Below are positions 1-9,801 of a DNA stretch of 64,000 nucleotides, piece by piece. The stretch lies in contig OY970227.1 in assembly GCA_963714055.1 (NCBI GenBank), positions 499,079 to 563,078 of the forward strand. The letters run 5' to 3'. The notes under the pieces are model-generated. The model worked only from the letters and a program-made list of their open reading frames with translations, was not told the origin of the DNA and searched no databases. Within the stretch, counting starts at the first letter, position 1. Every line of letters begins with the position of its first letter. This DNA comes from an uncultured Acidimicrobiia bacterium. Lineage in GTDB: Bacteria > Actinomycetota > Acidimicrobiia > Spongiisociales > UBA5794. Made by a program: the position numbers and the translations under genes.

Positions 1-1264
1 TCCTCGAGGTTGCGGGCCCGGCCGTCGTGGAGGAACGTGGTGTGGCCGTTGACGGTCTCCACCAACCCGATCCCCCACAGCGGCGGTGTTCGCCACTCCG
101 AGCCGGTGGCGAGGAAGTCGGGTCGTCCGTCCGCCAGCCCCGGGCCCATGTCGTGCAGGAGCAGGTCGGTGTACGGGTGGATCTCCTGGCCGGAGAGCTG
201 GGTGACCGGGTGATCCCCGGTGAGCAGGGTCGGTGTGTGGCAGGCCGTGCACCCGATGGCGGCGAACAGCTCGGCACCCCGCTCGACCTCGGGCTCGTCC
301 ATCCCTCGGCGGGCCGGGACCGCCAGCGTCTGCGAGTAGAACTCCATGTCGTCCATGCGGTCGGCGGGGATCTCGGGCGACCCCCCGGTCGGGGCGGCGA
401 GGCACGCACCCGCCGGGGTCGGGCAGTTCTCCTCCGGGTGCTCGTCGCTGGTGATGCCGATGTCGCCGGCAAAGGCCCCGGCCACCTGGTCACGCACCGT
501 GGCGACGTTGGCCTTCCACCCGAACCGCCCGAGGGTCACCGGCTCGTCGGGCCCGGTGGCGACGTAGTTGGGACGGCCGGACACCCCGTCGCCGTCGGCA
601 TCATCGGGATCGGCGAGGTCGAGGACGGCGGCCTCGGGCACCGCCTCGAGCAACCCCATGCCGATCACCTGCGGCGCCACCCGCGGCGAGGTCAGCGTGG
701 CGGCGTCGAGGGCGCCGTAGGCGAGGTCGGTGAAGTCGTACGCGCGGTCCGCTCAGGGTGTAGGTGGTGCCGTCGGCGTACGTCCCCTCGATCTCCTCAT
801 GGGTGATCCGCACGATGCCCTCGGCGGCGACCCCGGAGATGGCGCGGTCCTGCAGTTGGTCGCCGTAGAGCGGGTCGGGCAGCGGGGCGCCCCAGGCGCG
901 TCTCGCCCGGGTACCGACAGCCGCACCAGCAGCCCCCGCTCGGGATCCTCTGGCGACTCCGGCGGGCGGCCCCGCCCGTCGCCGACGTGGCACGACGAGC
1001 ACAGGCCTGGGCATTGAGGAGAGGCCCCAGCCCGTCCCGGGCATCGGTCGACGAGGGCGCGGTCACCCAGTTCTGGGTGAAGAAGCTGTCGCCCACCTCG
1101 AACACCCTCCGCTCACGGGCGGTGAGGCCGGGGATCGGCTGCCCGAAGGCGTTCCGGGTGGCGAACGCCACCGTGGCGTCGCCCCCCGAGGCCGGGTCGA
1201 GCAACTCGGGATCGGCTCCGCCACAGGCGGCGACGCCGCCGAGGGCGGCCAGGCCCAGAGCCAC
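1..1264 (-). pseudogene. DUF1111 di-haem cytochrome c peroxidase-like thiol oxidoreductase, partial at window edge, disrupted by >=3 frameshifts (~745, ~940, ~1010)
   Basis: Minus-strand translation gives an N-terminal lipoprotein signal (MALGLAALGGVAACGG) and the motif GLGPLLNAQAC in one frame. Other frames then give SCHVGDGRG, PLYGDQLQDRAISGVAAEGIVRITHEEIEGTYADGTTYTL, and a long run RFGWKANVATV...CTACHTP...EWRTPPLWG...FLHDGRARNL. All are DUF1111 hallmarks, and the gene is adjacent to an imelysin gene. Confidence 0.7.
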
Positions 1265-1291
1265 TGCCGCCAGCCGGCGTCCGGGCCTGCC

Positions 1292-2455
1292 TCACCCCGC
1301 CCCGAGCTGGATCCCGAGAGCGGTGGCGGCGGCGGCGATGAGCTCCGCCTGGGCTTGGAGGGAGTCGATCGTGGCGAGGATCGACTGGCGGCCCGGGTCG
1401 TCGTCGGGCACGTCGATGCCGAGGTGCTGGTCGAACGGCGCCGGTATCGCCTCGGCGAGCGCCGTGCTCTCCTCCACCGCCGCCACCAGCTCCTCCGAGA
1501 GGGCCTCGTCGGTGCCGGCGAGCAGGTCGGCCAGCCCGGGCCCGGACACGTCGCCATAGTCGCCGTTGACCACGGCGCCGATCCCGGAGGCGTTGGCCAC
1601 GATGTCGGACGTGGTGTTGTCCGAGAAGCAGGAGTGCTCGTCCTCCTGGCTCCGCTCCTCATAGGCCACCGACATCCGCTCCCCGGCCAGCTCACCGCTG
1701 CTCAGCTCCCCCACCCCGGTGAAGATCATCGCCAGCGCCTCGGCCGGGTCGAGGGCCACGAACTCGCTGCGGTAATTGCCGCCGTCCTCAACGGGAGCCC
1801 AGGCGGCCACCAGGCCGTCCAGGTGCTCGAGGAGCAGGTCGGAGGTGGTGGCGAGGTAGGCGGCGCGACGGTCGGCGTTCGGGCTGGTGGTGTAGTCCTC
1901 GACCGGCCGCGCCCCCGGCCCGTCCGCGCTCAGGTCCTGGCCCCACAGGAGGAACTCGATGGCGTGCCACCCGGTGGACACGTTGGCCTCGCCACCCTGC
2001 TCGTTGGCGGCCACCAGGGTGTCGGCGTCGATGGTCGGGTGCTCGTCCGTGTTGTTGACGATGCCGGCTTCGGAGTCGCCATCGACGTAGTCGATGTAGG
2101 CCTCGTCGAGCGGCCAGGCGTTGACCAGACCCTCGACGCCGGTCTCCTCGTTGTCGATCGGCCCGCCGTAGAACCGGAACGCTTCGGTGGGGCCGTAGTC
2201 GTCCCGGGCGGTCAGCCAGGCTTGCTTGGCGGCGTCCAAGGTCTCGGTGGTCGGGTCGGCGACGAACGCGTCGATCGCCTCGTCCATCGCCTGTGCCGAC
2301 TCCAGGCTGGCGGAGTACATGGCGTGCACGCCCTCGGCGTAGGTATCCACCACGTCCTGCTCGGACACCTCGTCTTCACCACCGCCGCAGGCGCCGAGCA
2401 CCAGCCCCACCACCAGTGCCGCCGCCGAGGTCCGCTTCCCAGCACTCGCACCCAT
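1292..2455 (-). CDS. imelysin (peptidase M75 / IrpA-like) lipoprotein
   Basis: 408-aa ORF. An internal Met begins the lipobox signal MGASAGKRTSAAALVVGLVLGACGG. The rest matches the imelysin fold and length. It is the classic operon partner of DUF1111. Confidence 0.75.
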   Translation of the reverse strand: MGASAGKRTSAAALVVGLVLGACGGGEDEVSEQDVVDTYAEGVHAMYSASLESAQAMDEAIDAFVADPTTETLDAAKQAWLTARDDYGPTEAFRFYGGPIDNEETGVEGLVNAWPLDEAYIDYVDGDSEAGIVNNTDEHPTIDADTLVAANEQGGEANVSTGWHAIEFLLWGQDLSADGPGARPVEDYTTSPNADRRAAYLATTSDLLLEHLDGLVAAWAPVEDGGNYRSEFVALDPAEALAMIFTGVGELSSGELAGERMSVAYEERSQEDEHSCFSDNTTSDIVANASGIGAVVNGDYGDVSGPGLADLLAGTDEALSEELVAAVEESTALAEAIPAPFDQHLGIDVPDDDPGRQSILATIDSLQAQAELIAAAATALGIQLGAG

Positions 2456-2523
2456 TCGTCGACTCTCCCTAACTCTTTGTGTTAGGGAGACCTTATTTCC
2501 ACTACGTCGGTGGTGCAAACTGC

Positions 2524-2573
2524 GAACCTGAGGTCCTCACATGTCGCTCCGATAGGTGATCGCCTGATCTTCG
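2524..2573. repeat. copy 1 of a dispersed ~50-bp palindromic element (GAACCTGAGGTCCTCA...CGCTCCGATAGGTGATCGCCTGA)
   Basis: Near-identical copies at 27575-27630, 56746-56795 and 56848-56915. This copy lies directly upstream of the imelysin start. Confidence 0.7.
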
Positions 2574-2605
2574 GCTGGACCAGGCCAACCATCGCCGGCG
2601 AGCAG

Positions 2606-3096
2606 TCACCCGCCGCCATCGGCGAACAGGCGAAAGCCGACGTTGGGGGTGGGCCGGGCGGGGTCGGCGGGGAGCGTGCGCTCGGTGCGCACCCCCCAAG
2701 CCGAGTCGAGCCAGCTGCCGCCATGGAGCAGGCGCCAATCACCGTCGATCACGTCGGCGCACCACTCCCACACGTTCCCTGCCTGGTCGAGCGTCCCGAA
2801 CGGGCCGGCTCCGTCCGGCCAGGCGTCCACCGGGGTGGTCGTCCCGAACCCCGCCTCGAGTGAGTTGCACCGGCCGGGAGCGAACTCGTCTCCCCATGGC
2901 CACCGCAGCCGCTGGGGACCGGCGGCGGCGAATCGCCATCGCTCCGACGTGGGCAGGCCGAGGTCGATCCCTGTCCTCTCCCCCAGCCAGCGGCAGTAGG
3001 CGACGGCTTCGTGCCAGGTGACGTCGACCACCGGGTGCCGGGCGAACACCTCCGGTACCCGCGCCCCGTGAACCTGGCGTACTCCGTTCGCGTCAC
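2606..3096 (-). pseudogene. FGE-sulfatase (formylglycine-generating enzyme) domain remnant, N-terminally truncated and frameshifted (~3045)
   Basis: One frame gives VTRTEYARFTGRGY. The next gives PEVFARHPVVDVTWHEAVAYCRWLG...GNVWEWCAD...HGGSW...GFR, all FGE motifs. Only ~58 bp remain upstream before the next gene, so the N-terminal half is missing. Confidence 0.55.
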
Positions 3097-3154
3097 CGGG
3101 GCCCGGCCGATCCGGCAGGGCGGCTCGGTGCCGACGACGACGAGGTCGGGCGGG

Positions 3155-4177
3155 TCAGGCGGTGACGAGCCCCAGCTCCTGCTTCTTCGCCTCGACGTCG
3201 ATACCGTGCAGGCGAGCGAGGTTCTCGCCGAGGATCTTCCGCTTCGCCTGCAGCGTCAACGGCGGGTAGCCGTAGTCGTCGGCGAGGTCCTGGGGCAGCT
3301 CGAAGTCCATGAACGCCTGCAGCGCCCACTGCGGGTGCCAGATCGGTGACTCCCCGCCGTAGAGGATCTTGTCCTCGCCGCACCACCACAACATCTTGGC
3401 CAGCGTCTCGGCGAACACCCTCGGCTGACGTGAGATGAAGTTGACCGTGGCGGCGATCGAGGCGAACAGGTTGGGGAAGCGGACGATCTGCCACAGCACC
3501 TCGTCCAACCACGGCAACCCGACGTGGAAGATCACGAAGTTGATGTCGGGGAAGTTGGCGGCGGCGCCGTCCATGTCGAAGGTGCGGGTGTGCTCGATCG
3601 GCTGCGGGCCCAACGGCACCCCCTTGTGCACCCCGATCAGGTTGACGCCCAGCTCCTGGGCCTTCTCAAAGACCGGGAAGGCGACCCGTGGGTCGTCCAT
3701 CCGCCACGGGAACGGCTGCCCGTTGTCGTAGCGGACGTTGTAGAACTTGAACGCCTTGGCGCCGAACTCCTTGACCTGGACCTCCATCAGCTCGAGCGCC
3801 TTCTTGCCCTCCAGCGGGTTCACCGATCCCCAGAACACGGCGCGGTCGGGATGGCGGGCGGCCATGTCGGCGCACTTCTGCCAGTCGGACAGCCCGTCGT
3901 GGAACAGGTCCGTCAACGGGAGCGGCTGGGCCACGATCATGTCGGTGTCCGAGCCCTCGATCACCATGTCGTAGATCTCGTCGACCGACCACTCCCGCAG
4001 GAAGTCGTCGGCGCCGAGCACCGTCTCGCCCTCCTTGGTGAGGAGCTGGTGGAAGGCGTACAGGTGGTAGATGAACAGTTCCCCGGGGGGGCCGAAGGCG
4101 TTCTTCAGGTCGAAGTTGAAAATGTGGCAGACGCAGTCGAAGACGAACGCCTCGTTGCCGTCCTTGTCCTTGATCAT
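3155..4177 (-). CDS. amidohydrolase-2 family metal-dependent hydrolase
   Basis: Start MIKDKDGNEAF... at an internal ATG with a GGAG RBS; 340 aa. The DxHxH-like motif FDCVCHIF and the TIM-barrel amidohydrolase C-terminus are present. Confidence 0.7.
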   Translation of the reverse strand: MIKDKDGNEAFVFDCVCHIFNFDLKNAFGPPGELFIYHLYAFHQLLTKEGETVLGADDFLREWSVDEIYDMVIEGSDTDMIVAQPLPLTDLFHDGLSDWQKCADMAARHPDRAVFWGSVNPLEGKKALELMEVQVKEFGAKAFKFYNVRYDNGQPFPWRMDDPRVAFPVFEKAQELGVNLIGVHKGVPLGPQPIEHTRTFDMDGAAANFPDINFVIFHVGLPWLDEVLWQIVRFPNLFASIAATVNFISRQPRVFAETLAKMLWWCGEDKILYGGESPIWHPQWALQAFMDFELPQDLADDYGYPPLTLQAKRKILGENLARLHGIDVEAKKQELGLVTA

Positions 4178-4190
4178 CTCGGGTCTCCGA

Positions 4191-4553
4191 TCATCGGCGC
4201 ACCTCCATGCGCAGCCGCTCTTCCCGGTACGGGAGGAGGGGGGTGAGATCCATCTCCAGCTTGGCGCGGGCATCGTCGCTGAGCCGGTCCATCGTCCACA
4301 CCGGGTCGAACACGACCGACACCGCCACGTCTTCGACACCGTCGATGGTCGATACCTCGTCGGTGAGCATCCGGTCGAAGCCCGCTACCGACGGGCACCA
4401 CCCGGTGGTGAGCACCATGTCGATCTCGACCCGACGACCGGCGATGCGGACGTCGTCGATGAGACCCATGTCGACCACCGAGATCTCCCGCTGGCGACAA
4501 CACGGGTCGTAGCAGCGGCCGAGCGCATCGAGGACCGCCTGTCGACTGACCAA
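4191..4553 (-). CDS. DUF59 / MIP18-SufT-like Fe-S cluster assembly protein
   Basis: 120 aa with VVDMGLIDDVRI...VEIDMVLTTGWCP, typical of PF01883. Confidence 0.65.
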   Translation of the reverse strand: MVSRQAVLDALGRCYDPCCRQREISVVDMGLIDDVRIAGRRVEIDMVLTTGWCPSVAGFDRMLTDEVSTIDGVEDVAVSVVFDPVWTMDRLSDDARAKLEMDLTPLLPYREERLRMEVRR

Positions 4554-4675
4554 GGCACCTCCCTCCTCGCCGGCCCCAACCTACCGTCCGGATCCACCGG
4601 CGTGCAGGGAGACCGAGCCCACTTCGCAGCTGCCGGCCCGGTACCCTCTGGCCCGGTCGCCGACCCGGAGGATGC

Positions 4676-5206
4676 ATGTCGAAGTTCACCGATGCGCTCA
4701 ACGAACAGCTCGCCAACGAGTTCGCCGCCAGCCAGCAGTACATCGCCATCGCCGTCTACTACGACGGCGAGACGCTTCCCCAGCTCGCCTCCCACTTCTA
4801 CCGGCAGGCGGTGGAGGAGCGCAACCACGCCATGATCATCACCCAGTACCTCCTCGACGCCCAGAAGCCGGTGACCATCCCTTCGGTGGCCGCACCCCGG
4901 ACCGAGTTCGCCGATCTCCTCGAGCCGGTGAGGATGGCGCTCGAGCAGGAGCAGGACGTCACCCGGCAGATCGAGGAGCTGGCCCAGCTCGCCCGGGCCG
5001 AGGGCGACCTGGTCGGTGAGCAGTTCCTCGCCTGGTTCCTCAAGGAGCAGCTCGAGGAGATGGCGTCGATGGCCGACCTGCTCACCACGGTCGAGCGCGC
5101 CCTCGACTCCAGCATCCTGCTCGCCGAGGACTACCTGGCACGCGAGGGAATGGGCGACGGGGGCCGCAGCAAGGGCAGCCCGCCGGCCGCCGGCGGCCTG
5201 CTGTAG
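4676..5206 (+). CDS. ferritin (non-haem bacterial ferritin)
   Basis: 176 aa. The ferroxidase-site pattern LNEQLANEFAASQQY...EERNHA...EQEQ matches FtnA-type ferritins. Confidence 0.85.
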   Translation: MSKFTDALNEQLANEFAASQQYIAIAVYYDGETLPQLASHFYRQAVEERNHAMIITQYLLDAQKPVTIPSVAAPRTEFADLLEPVRMALEQEQDVTRQIEELAQLARAEGDLVGEQFLAWFLKEQLEEMASMADLLTTVERALDSSILLAEDYLAREGMGDGGRSKGSPPAAGGLL

Positions 5207-5298
5207 GAGCCCGATCTCCCGGAACCTCCGGGGCTCAAAGCTATGCTCCCGCTCTCCATGCCAGGTGAGCCTTGGCGCTCGGTCGGTGAGGGGCTCTG

Positions 5299-5892
5299 GT
5301 GACTCGAGGCAAGATCGTCGGGACGGTCATCGCCGCCACCCTTGCGGTGGTGGCCACGTCGGCGGTCGTCGCCTGGGCCGTGACGACGTATTGGGCTCCC
5401 GACTCGGAAGCGGACGAGTCGAGCTCGTCGACCGGCCCACCCACCGCCGCCGACGCGTTGTCACGGGGCACCGGCGAGCCCACCATCCTCTCGGCGGCAG
5501 CCATCGTCTCGGTGGCCGCGGAGAATGGGCCGCTGTACTGGGCGGGACCGATGGAGGACGTCCGGTACGAGGTGACGGTGACTGCCGACGGGAGCGCCTT
5601 CATCCGCTACATCCCCCTGGATGCGGACGCCGGGGCGGAGGACCAGTACCTGACCGTCGCCACCTACCGCTTCGTCGACGGGTATGGGGAGCTCCAGGTG
5701 GTCGGTGCCGAACCCGGTTCCACCATGACCGAGACGCAGAACGGTGCGATCATCGTGACCAACACCGCGTCGCCGAACAGCGCGTTCTTCTCGTTCCCCG
5801 GTGCCGCTTTCCAGGTCGAGGTCTTCTCCCCCGTCGCCGGTGAGGCCCTCGAACTGACCGAGACCGGGGCCATACGGCTGGTGGGGAGCTGA
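5299..5892 (+). CDS. hypothetical membrane-anchored/secreted protein
   Basis: GTG start and an N-terminal TM/signal segment ([23 protein letters not shown]). No recognised domain. Immediately upstream of the collagen-like gene. Confidence 0.45.
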   Translation: MTRGKIVGTVIAATLAVVATSAVVAWAVTTYWAPDSEADESSSSTGPPTAADALSRGTGEPTILSAAAIVSVAAENGPLYWAGPMEDVRYEVTVTADGSAFIRYIPLDADAGAEDQYLTVATYRFVDGYGELQVVGAEPGSTMTETQNGAIIVTNTASPNSAFFSFPGAAFQVEVFSPVAGEALELTETGAIRLVGS

Positions 5893-5900
5893 CGTCGCCG

Positions 5901-7247
5901 ATGGGACCATCCCACCCGCCACACGCCGCACGGATACCGCATCTGTTGGGCGCGCTCGTGTTGACGGTGGCCATGCTCGGTGCCGCCCCGGCAGTGGCTG
6001 CCGACGGGCCGGGGGCACCCTGGGAGGAGTGGGCCCCTACAGGTGTGTCGGGACCGTTGGTCGGGCCGGGCGGGCGTATCGTCGGCCAGCGCGGACCGGA
6101 CGGGGCACCTGGCGAGGCAGGCCTGGCCGGCGAGGCGGGCGAGCCCGGGCCTGCCGGTCCGCCGGGCGCCACCGGCGCCGCCGGTGCGACCGGGCCCGAG
6201 GGCGAGCAGGGCCAGACCGGTGCGCAAGGCGACCCGGGCGAGATCGGGCCGCAGGGCCCGGTCGGACCCGTCGGCCCCATGGGACTTCAAGGTGAACAGG
6301 GCATCCAGGGCGACCCGGGTCCTATCGGTCCCATCGGGCCCCAAGGCCCGCAGGGTGAGCAGGGAATCCAGGGAGAGCAGGGCATCCAAGGCGACCCGGG
6401 TCCTATCGGTCCCATCGGGCCCCAAGGCCCGCAGGGTGAGCAGGGAATCCAGGGAGAGCAGGGCCCACAAGGCGAACAAGGCGAACAGGGACCCCAGGGC
6501 GAAGTCGGTCCAATCGGGCCCCAAGGCCCACAGGGTGACCAGGGAATCCAGGGACCCCAGGGAGAGCAAGGCCCACAGGGAGAGCAAGGCCCACAGGGCG
6601 AACAGGGAGTCCAGGGCGAAATCGGACCCATCGGGCCGCAAGGCCCTCAAGGCCAACAGGGAATCCAAGGCGATGTCGGGCCCATCGGGCCCATCGGGCC
6701 ACAAGGCGACCAAGGACCCGTCGGGCCCATCGGGCCAACCGGACCCCAAGGCGACCAAGGAGCCCAAGGCATTGCTGGACTGCCGGGGCCCATCGGGCCA
6801 CAGGGACCGCAGGGCGATACCGGCGCTGAAGGACCGCAAGGCCCACCGGGGCCGGCCGGTACCACCGGCGCCGAGGGGCCGCCGGGACCTCAGGGGCCGG
6901 CAGGTCCCGCGGGACCGGCCGGCCCGGCAGGACCTGCTGGACCGGCTGGCCCGATCGGCCCCGCAGGCCCGGCGGGACCACCCGGGACGTTCTCGGTGGT
7001 GGTCACGACCAACAGCCTGTCGGCCACTCCGGGCGCCGGCTTCCAGCTGACGGTCACCGCCACATGCACGACCGGTGTGGTGATCGCGGGTGGTGCCGCC
7101 ATCGGCGGGTCCCCGACCCAGGGACAGCAGGTGGCCCTCAACCAGTCGTTCCCGCAAGGAAACACCTGGGTAGCTCGGGCGCGGCAGGGCGGTAGCGGCA
7201 ACACAGCCTGGAACTTGACCTCCTACGCCGTCTGCCGGGTGCCCTGA
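5901..7247 (+). CDS. collagen-like triple-helix repeat protein with signal peptide and non-collagenous C-terminal domain
   Basis: The signal peptide is followed by ~290 aa of uninterrupted Gly-X-Y repeats ([21 protein letters not shown]...), then a ~90-aa Thr/Gly-rich globular tail. This is the BclA/Scl-like architecture. Confidence 0.85.
   Translation: MGPSHPPHAARIPHLLGALVLTVAMLGAAPAVAADGPGAPWEEWAPTGVSGPLVGPGGRIVGQRGPDGAPGEAGLAGEAGEPGPAGPPGATGAAGATGPEGEQGQTGAQGDPGEIGPQGPVGPVGPMGLQGEQGIQGDPGPIGPIGPQGPQGEQGIQGEQGIQGDPGPIGPIGPQGPQGEQGIQGEQGPQGEQGEQGPQGEVGPIGPQGPQGDQGIQGPQGEQGPQGEQGPQGEQGVQGEIGPIGPQGPQGQQGIQGDVGPIGPIGPQGDQGPVGPIGPTGPQGDQGAQGIAGLPGPIGPQGPQGDTGAEGPQGPPGPAGTTGAEGPPGPQGPAGPAGPAGPAGPAGPAGPIGPAGPAGPPGTFSVVVTTNSLSATPGAGFQLTVTATCTTGVVIAGGAAIGGSPTQGQQVALNQSFPQGNTWVARARQGGSGNTAWNLTSYAVCRVP
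6300..6461. repeat. 2 x 81-bp perfect tandem duplication inside the collagen-like gene
   Basis: ggcatccagggcgacccgggtcctatcggtcccatcgggccccaaggcccgcagggtgagcagggaatccagggagagcag occurs twice in tandem (1 mismatch). It encodes a repeated 27-aa GXY block. Confidence 0.8.
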
Positions 7248-7279
7248 GCCATGCCGCCGTGTTGCCCCCTTCGGACACG

Positions 7280-7882
7280 ATGACCGATACGCCGCCGGAC
7301 CCGAAAGCGATCCTGCACCGGTACCTGCGGGTCCAGCGCGACCAGCTGGTCGCCAAGCTCGACGGCCTCGGGGAACGCGACATCCGCCGGCCGATGACGC
7401 CGACCGGCACCAACCTGCTGGGACTGGTCAAGCACGTCGCCAGCGTCCAGATCGGGTACTTCGGCGAGGTGTTCGATCGACCGCATGGGCTCGCGCTGCC
7501 CTGGTTCGACGACGACGCCGAGGTCAACGCCGACATGTGGGCGACCGCCGACGAGACCCGCGAGGAGATCCTCGAGCTCCACCGGATCTCCGCTCGGCAC
7601 AGCGACGCCACCATCGAGGCGCTCGACCTCGACTCCCCCGGGCTGGTGCCCTGGTGGGGGCCCGACCGTGAGCACGTGACCCTGCACCAGATCCTCGTGC
7701 ACGTCAGCGTCGAGACCGCCCGCCACGCCGGCCACGCCGACATCATCCGGGAGATGATCGACGGCTTTGCGGGGAACAAGGACGGCAACCTCCCCGAGAT
7801 GACCGCCGCCGAGTGGGCCACGTACCGGGAGCGACTGGCGCGGGCCGCCGAGGAGGCTGCGGCCCGGGACTCCGATCTCTGA
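7280..7882 (+). CDS. DUF664 (DinB/mycothiol maleylpyruvate isomerase N-terminal-like) protein
   Basis: GTNLLGLVKHVASVQ...WILVHVSVETARHAGHADIIRE matches the DUF664 four-helix-bundle signature. Confidence 0.65.
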   Translation: MTDTPPDPKAILHRYLRVQRDQLVAKLDGLGERDIRRPMTPTGTNLLGLVKHVASVQIGYFGEVFDRPHGLALPWFDDDAEVNADMWATADETREEILELHRISARHSDATIEALDLDSPGLVPWWGPDREHVTLHQILVHVSVETARHAGHADIIREMIDGFAGNKDGNLPEMTAAEWATYRERLARAAEEAAARDSDL

Positions 7883-7911
7883 GCAGTATCCCTGACCTTC
7901 GCCCGACTCGG

Positions 7912-8871
7912 TCAGCCGTCGACGTCGGGCACGTCGACCTCGCCGCTGCCGACCCCACGGGCGGCGATCCGGGAAGGTCCGAGAAGGGCGTCCTCGCGGC
8001 CATAGTGGCCGACCACGTCGAACCAGCGCTTGGCGCGCAGTCCGAGGCGAAGGTCGCAGTCGGCGACGACGATCCCCTCGGCGTCGTAGAGCGGACCGGC
8101 GATGACCTCGCCGTCGGTGGGCTCGATGATCGCTGCACCCCCGCGGCCGAACTCGACTTGGCCTTCAGGGAGCGCCACAGGGAAATCGGTGGGGAACGCC
8201 GACGCCGGTATGTACTGGGCCACGGAGACGACGAAGGCACCGGACTCGATGGCGATGTGCCGCATCGAGGCGAGCCATCCATCACTGTCGTCGGCGGTGG
8301 GTGCCAGCCAGATCTGCGGGCCGCCGCGGTACAGGGCGTACCGGGCGAGCGGCATCCGGTTCTCCCAACAGATGAGGCCGCCGAGCCGGCCCACGGCGGT
8401 GTCGACGACCTCGAGGTCGTCACCACCGCCAACCCCGTGGAACAGCCGCTCCTGCATGGTGGGCATCAGCTTGCGATGCTTGTGGAGCAGTCCGCCCGGG
8501 CCGATGACGAGCATCGTGTTGTAGAGCGATCCGGGTCTTTCCACCTCGCGCTCGTTGACCCCGATGGCGCAGTGGATGTCGAGCTCGCGGCATCGGGCCG
8601 TCAGCTTCTCGGTGAGCGGGCCAGGCACGTCCACCGAGTTGGCCCAGAGACGTGCCCACAGCTCGTCCCAACCGTTGAAGGAGCCGGCGTCGTGGGCCCA
8701 CGCACCGCTCGGGTAGAGCGGGACGAAGGTCTCCGGCAGCACCGCCAGCTGCGCGCCCTGGGAGGCGGCGTCGCCCAGCAGGCTGCATGCCTTGTCGATC
8801 GTCGCCTCGGCGTCGAGGATCACCGGGGTGGCCTGGATCGCCGCCACCCTCACCGTTTCGAAGTGCACCAT
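7912..8871 (-). CDS. nitrilase / carbon-nitrogen hydrolase family protein
   Basis: Start MVHFETVRVAAIQA at an internal ATG; 320 aa. Glu-Lys-Cys triad context is present (VLPETF, RKLMPT, ICWENRMP). Confidence 0.8.
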   Translation of the reverse strand: MVHFETVRVAAIQATPVILDAEATIDKACSLLGDAASQGAQLAVLPETFVPLYPSGAWAHDAGSFNGWDELWARLWANSVDVPGPLTEKLTARCRELDIHCAIGVNEREVERPGSLYNTMLVIGPGGLLHKHRKLMPTMQERLFHGVGGGDDLEVVDTAVGRLGGLICWENRMPLARYALYRGGPQIWLAPTADDSDGWLASMRHIAIESGAFVVSVAQYIPASAFPTDFPVALPEGQVEFGRGGAAIIEPTDGEVIAGPLYDAEGIVVADCDLRLGLRAKRWFDVVGHYGREDALLGPSRIAARGVGSGEVDVPDVDG

Positions 8872-9031
8872 GGCGCCGAGGATACGCCGGTGCCGGCCAT
8901 CGCGGATCGCTCGATTCGGCGCCGGTACCGGCGCACCCCGGTGATATCCCGAAAGGCACGCTCGCCAGCATCGAACGTCAAGGGGAACCGTGCCTCGATC
9001 GCAAGTGGCTGACCGGCCGAAGGAGGTGACG

Positions 9032-9295
9032 ATGGAAACGTATAGGGCCCTCGACCGCCACGACGGGCGTGCCTGGGTCGTCGAGTTCGACCGGCTGGAG
9101 CTGTCGACCTGGGCGCGTTCTCTGACGAAGGCCCAGCAGTACGCCCGCGAGGCGCTGGCGGTCACCCTCGACTACGACTCGGTCGAGGAACTCGAGAAGG
9201 CAGTGACGATCGAGGATCACGTCCGCGTCTCACAGATCGTCTCGGGCAAGAGGAAGCCTCGCACCCAGATCGCCGCAAAGAAGAAGGCCCAGTAG
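9032..9295 (+). CDS. small HicB-like (UPF0150) antitoxin-fold protein, orphan
   Basis: METYRALDRHDGRAWVVEFDRLELSTWARSL...AREALAVTLD preceded by a strong AAGGAGGTG RBS. No hicA partner is visible. Confidence 0.4.
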   Translation: METYRALDRHDGRAWVVEFDRLELSTWARSLTKAQQYAREALAVTLDYDSVEELEKAVTIEDHVRVSQIVSGKRKPRTQIAAKKKAQ

Positions 9296-9486
9296 CCGGC
9301 AGCGCCGAGAGACGATACGGACCCACCCCGCCGCCTTGCGGGGCAACCTCAGACGCCCCCGGGGCGGGTCCTGCGAGCACGTTACGCCTCTCAGGTCTCC
9401 AGATCCGGGACCACCGCCAGCGCGCAGCGAGTGAGCTGCTGGCGGCCTCTCGCATGGGCTTTGGTGAGAGCGTCGGGGGCGCTGCG

Positions 9487-9650
9487 AAGCCGAGCGCCAG
9501 CTCGGCGGGCATGTCACGGCCCAACGATGGGCTGGGGCCCCATCTGCGGGAGGAGCCGAGCGCCAGCTCGGCGGGCATGTCACGGCCCGCGATGGGGTTG
9601 GGGCCCCATCTGCGGGAGGAGCCGAGCCCTGCTCGGCGGGCATGTCACAG
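9487..9650. repeat. MIRU-like tandem repeat array (2.4 x ~63 bp) abutting the 3' end of tRNA-Val
   Basis: The unit gagcgccagctcggcgggcatgtcacggccc..ggggccccatctgcgggaggagcc is repeated. It contains the palindromes ccgagc-gcca-gctcgg and tggggcccca. The same family recurs at 30961-31116 in the opposite orientation. Confidence 0.75.
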
Positions 9651-9651
9651 T

Positions 9652-9723
9652 GGGCGTTGACGGGCTCGAACCGCCGACCTCTTCCTTGTAAGGGAAGCGC
9701 TCTTCCAGCTGAGCTAAACGCCC
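9652..9723 (-). tRNA. tRNA-Val (anticodon TAC)
   Basis: Reverse complement GGGCGTTTAGCTCAGCTGGAAGAGCGCTTCCCTTACAAGGAAGAGGTCGGCGGTTCGAGCCCGTCAACGCCC folds as a cloverleaf. It has a 7-bp acceptor stem, GCTC/GAGC D-stem, anticodon loop CTTACAA and T-loop TTCGAGC. CCA is not encoded. Confidence 0.85.
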
Positions 9724-9801
9724 CGAGGACGGACGGAACTCTAGGAGAGGCCGGGCGCACGCCTGCGTGGGTATCCCGTCCGGCGGGCCATACTGCCGGC
9801 G

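Noticed and set aside
8872-9031. A HicA toxin partner for the HicB-like gene.
   Set aside because: The 160-bp gap upstream shows no ORF with HicA features, and nothing suitable follows downstream before the tRNA.
9487-9650. Possible CRISPR arrays at 9.5 kb and 31.0 kb.
   Set aside because: The repeat units are directly contiguous, with no unique spacers, and the units are 51-63 bp with internal palindromes. No cas genes are present. They are better described as MIRU/VNTR-like minisatellites.
9652-9800. Integrative element or genomic island inserted at tRNA-Val.
   Set aside because: There is no integrase, excisionase or phage gene within reach, and no direct repeat of the tRNA 3' end was found downstream. 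The adjoining repeats are tandem minisatellite units rather than att sites.
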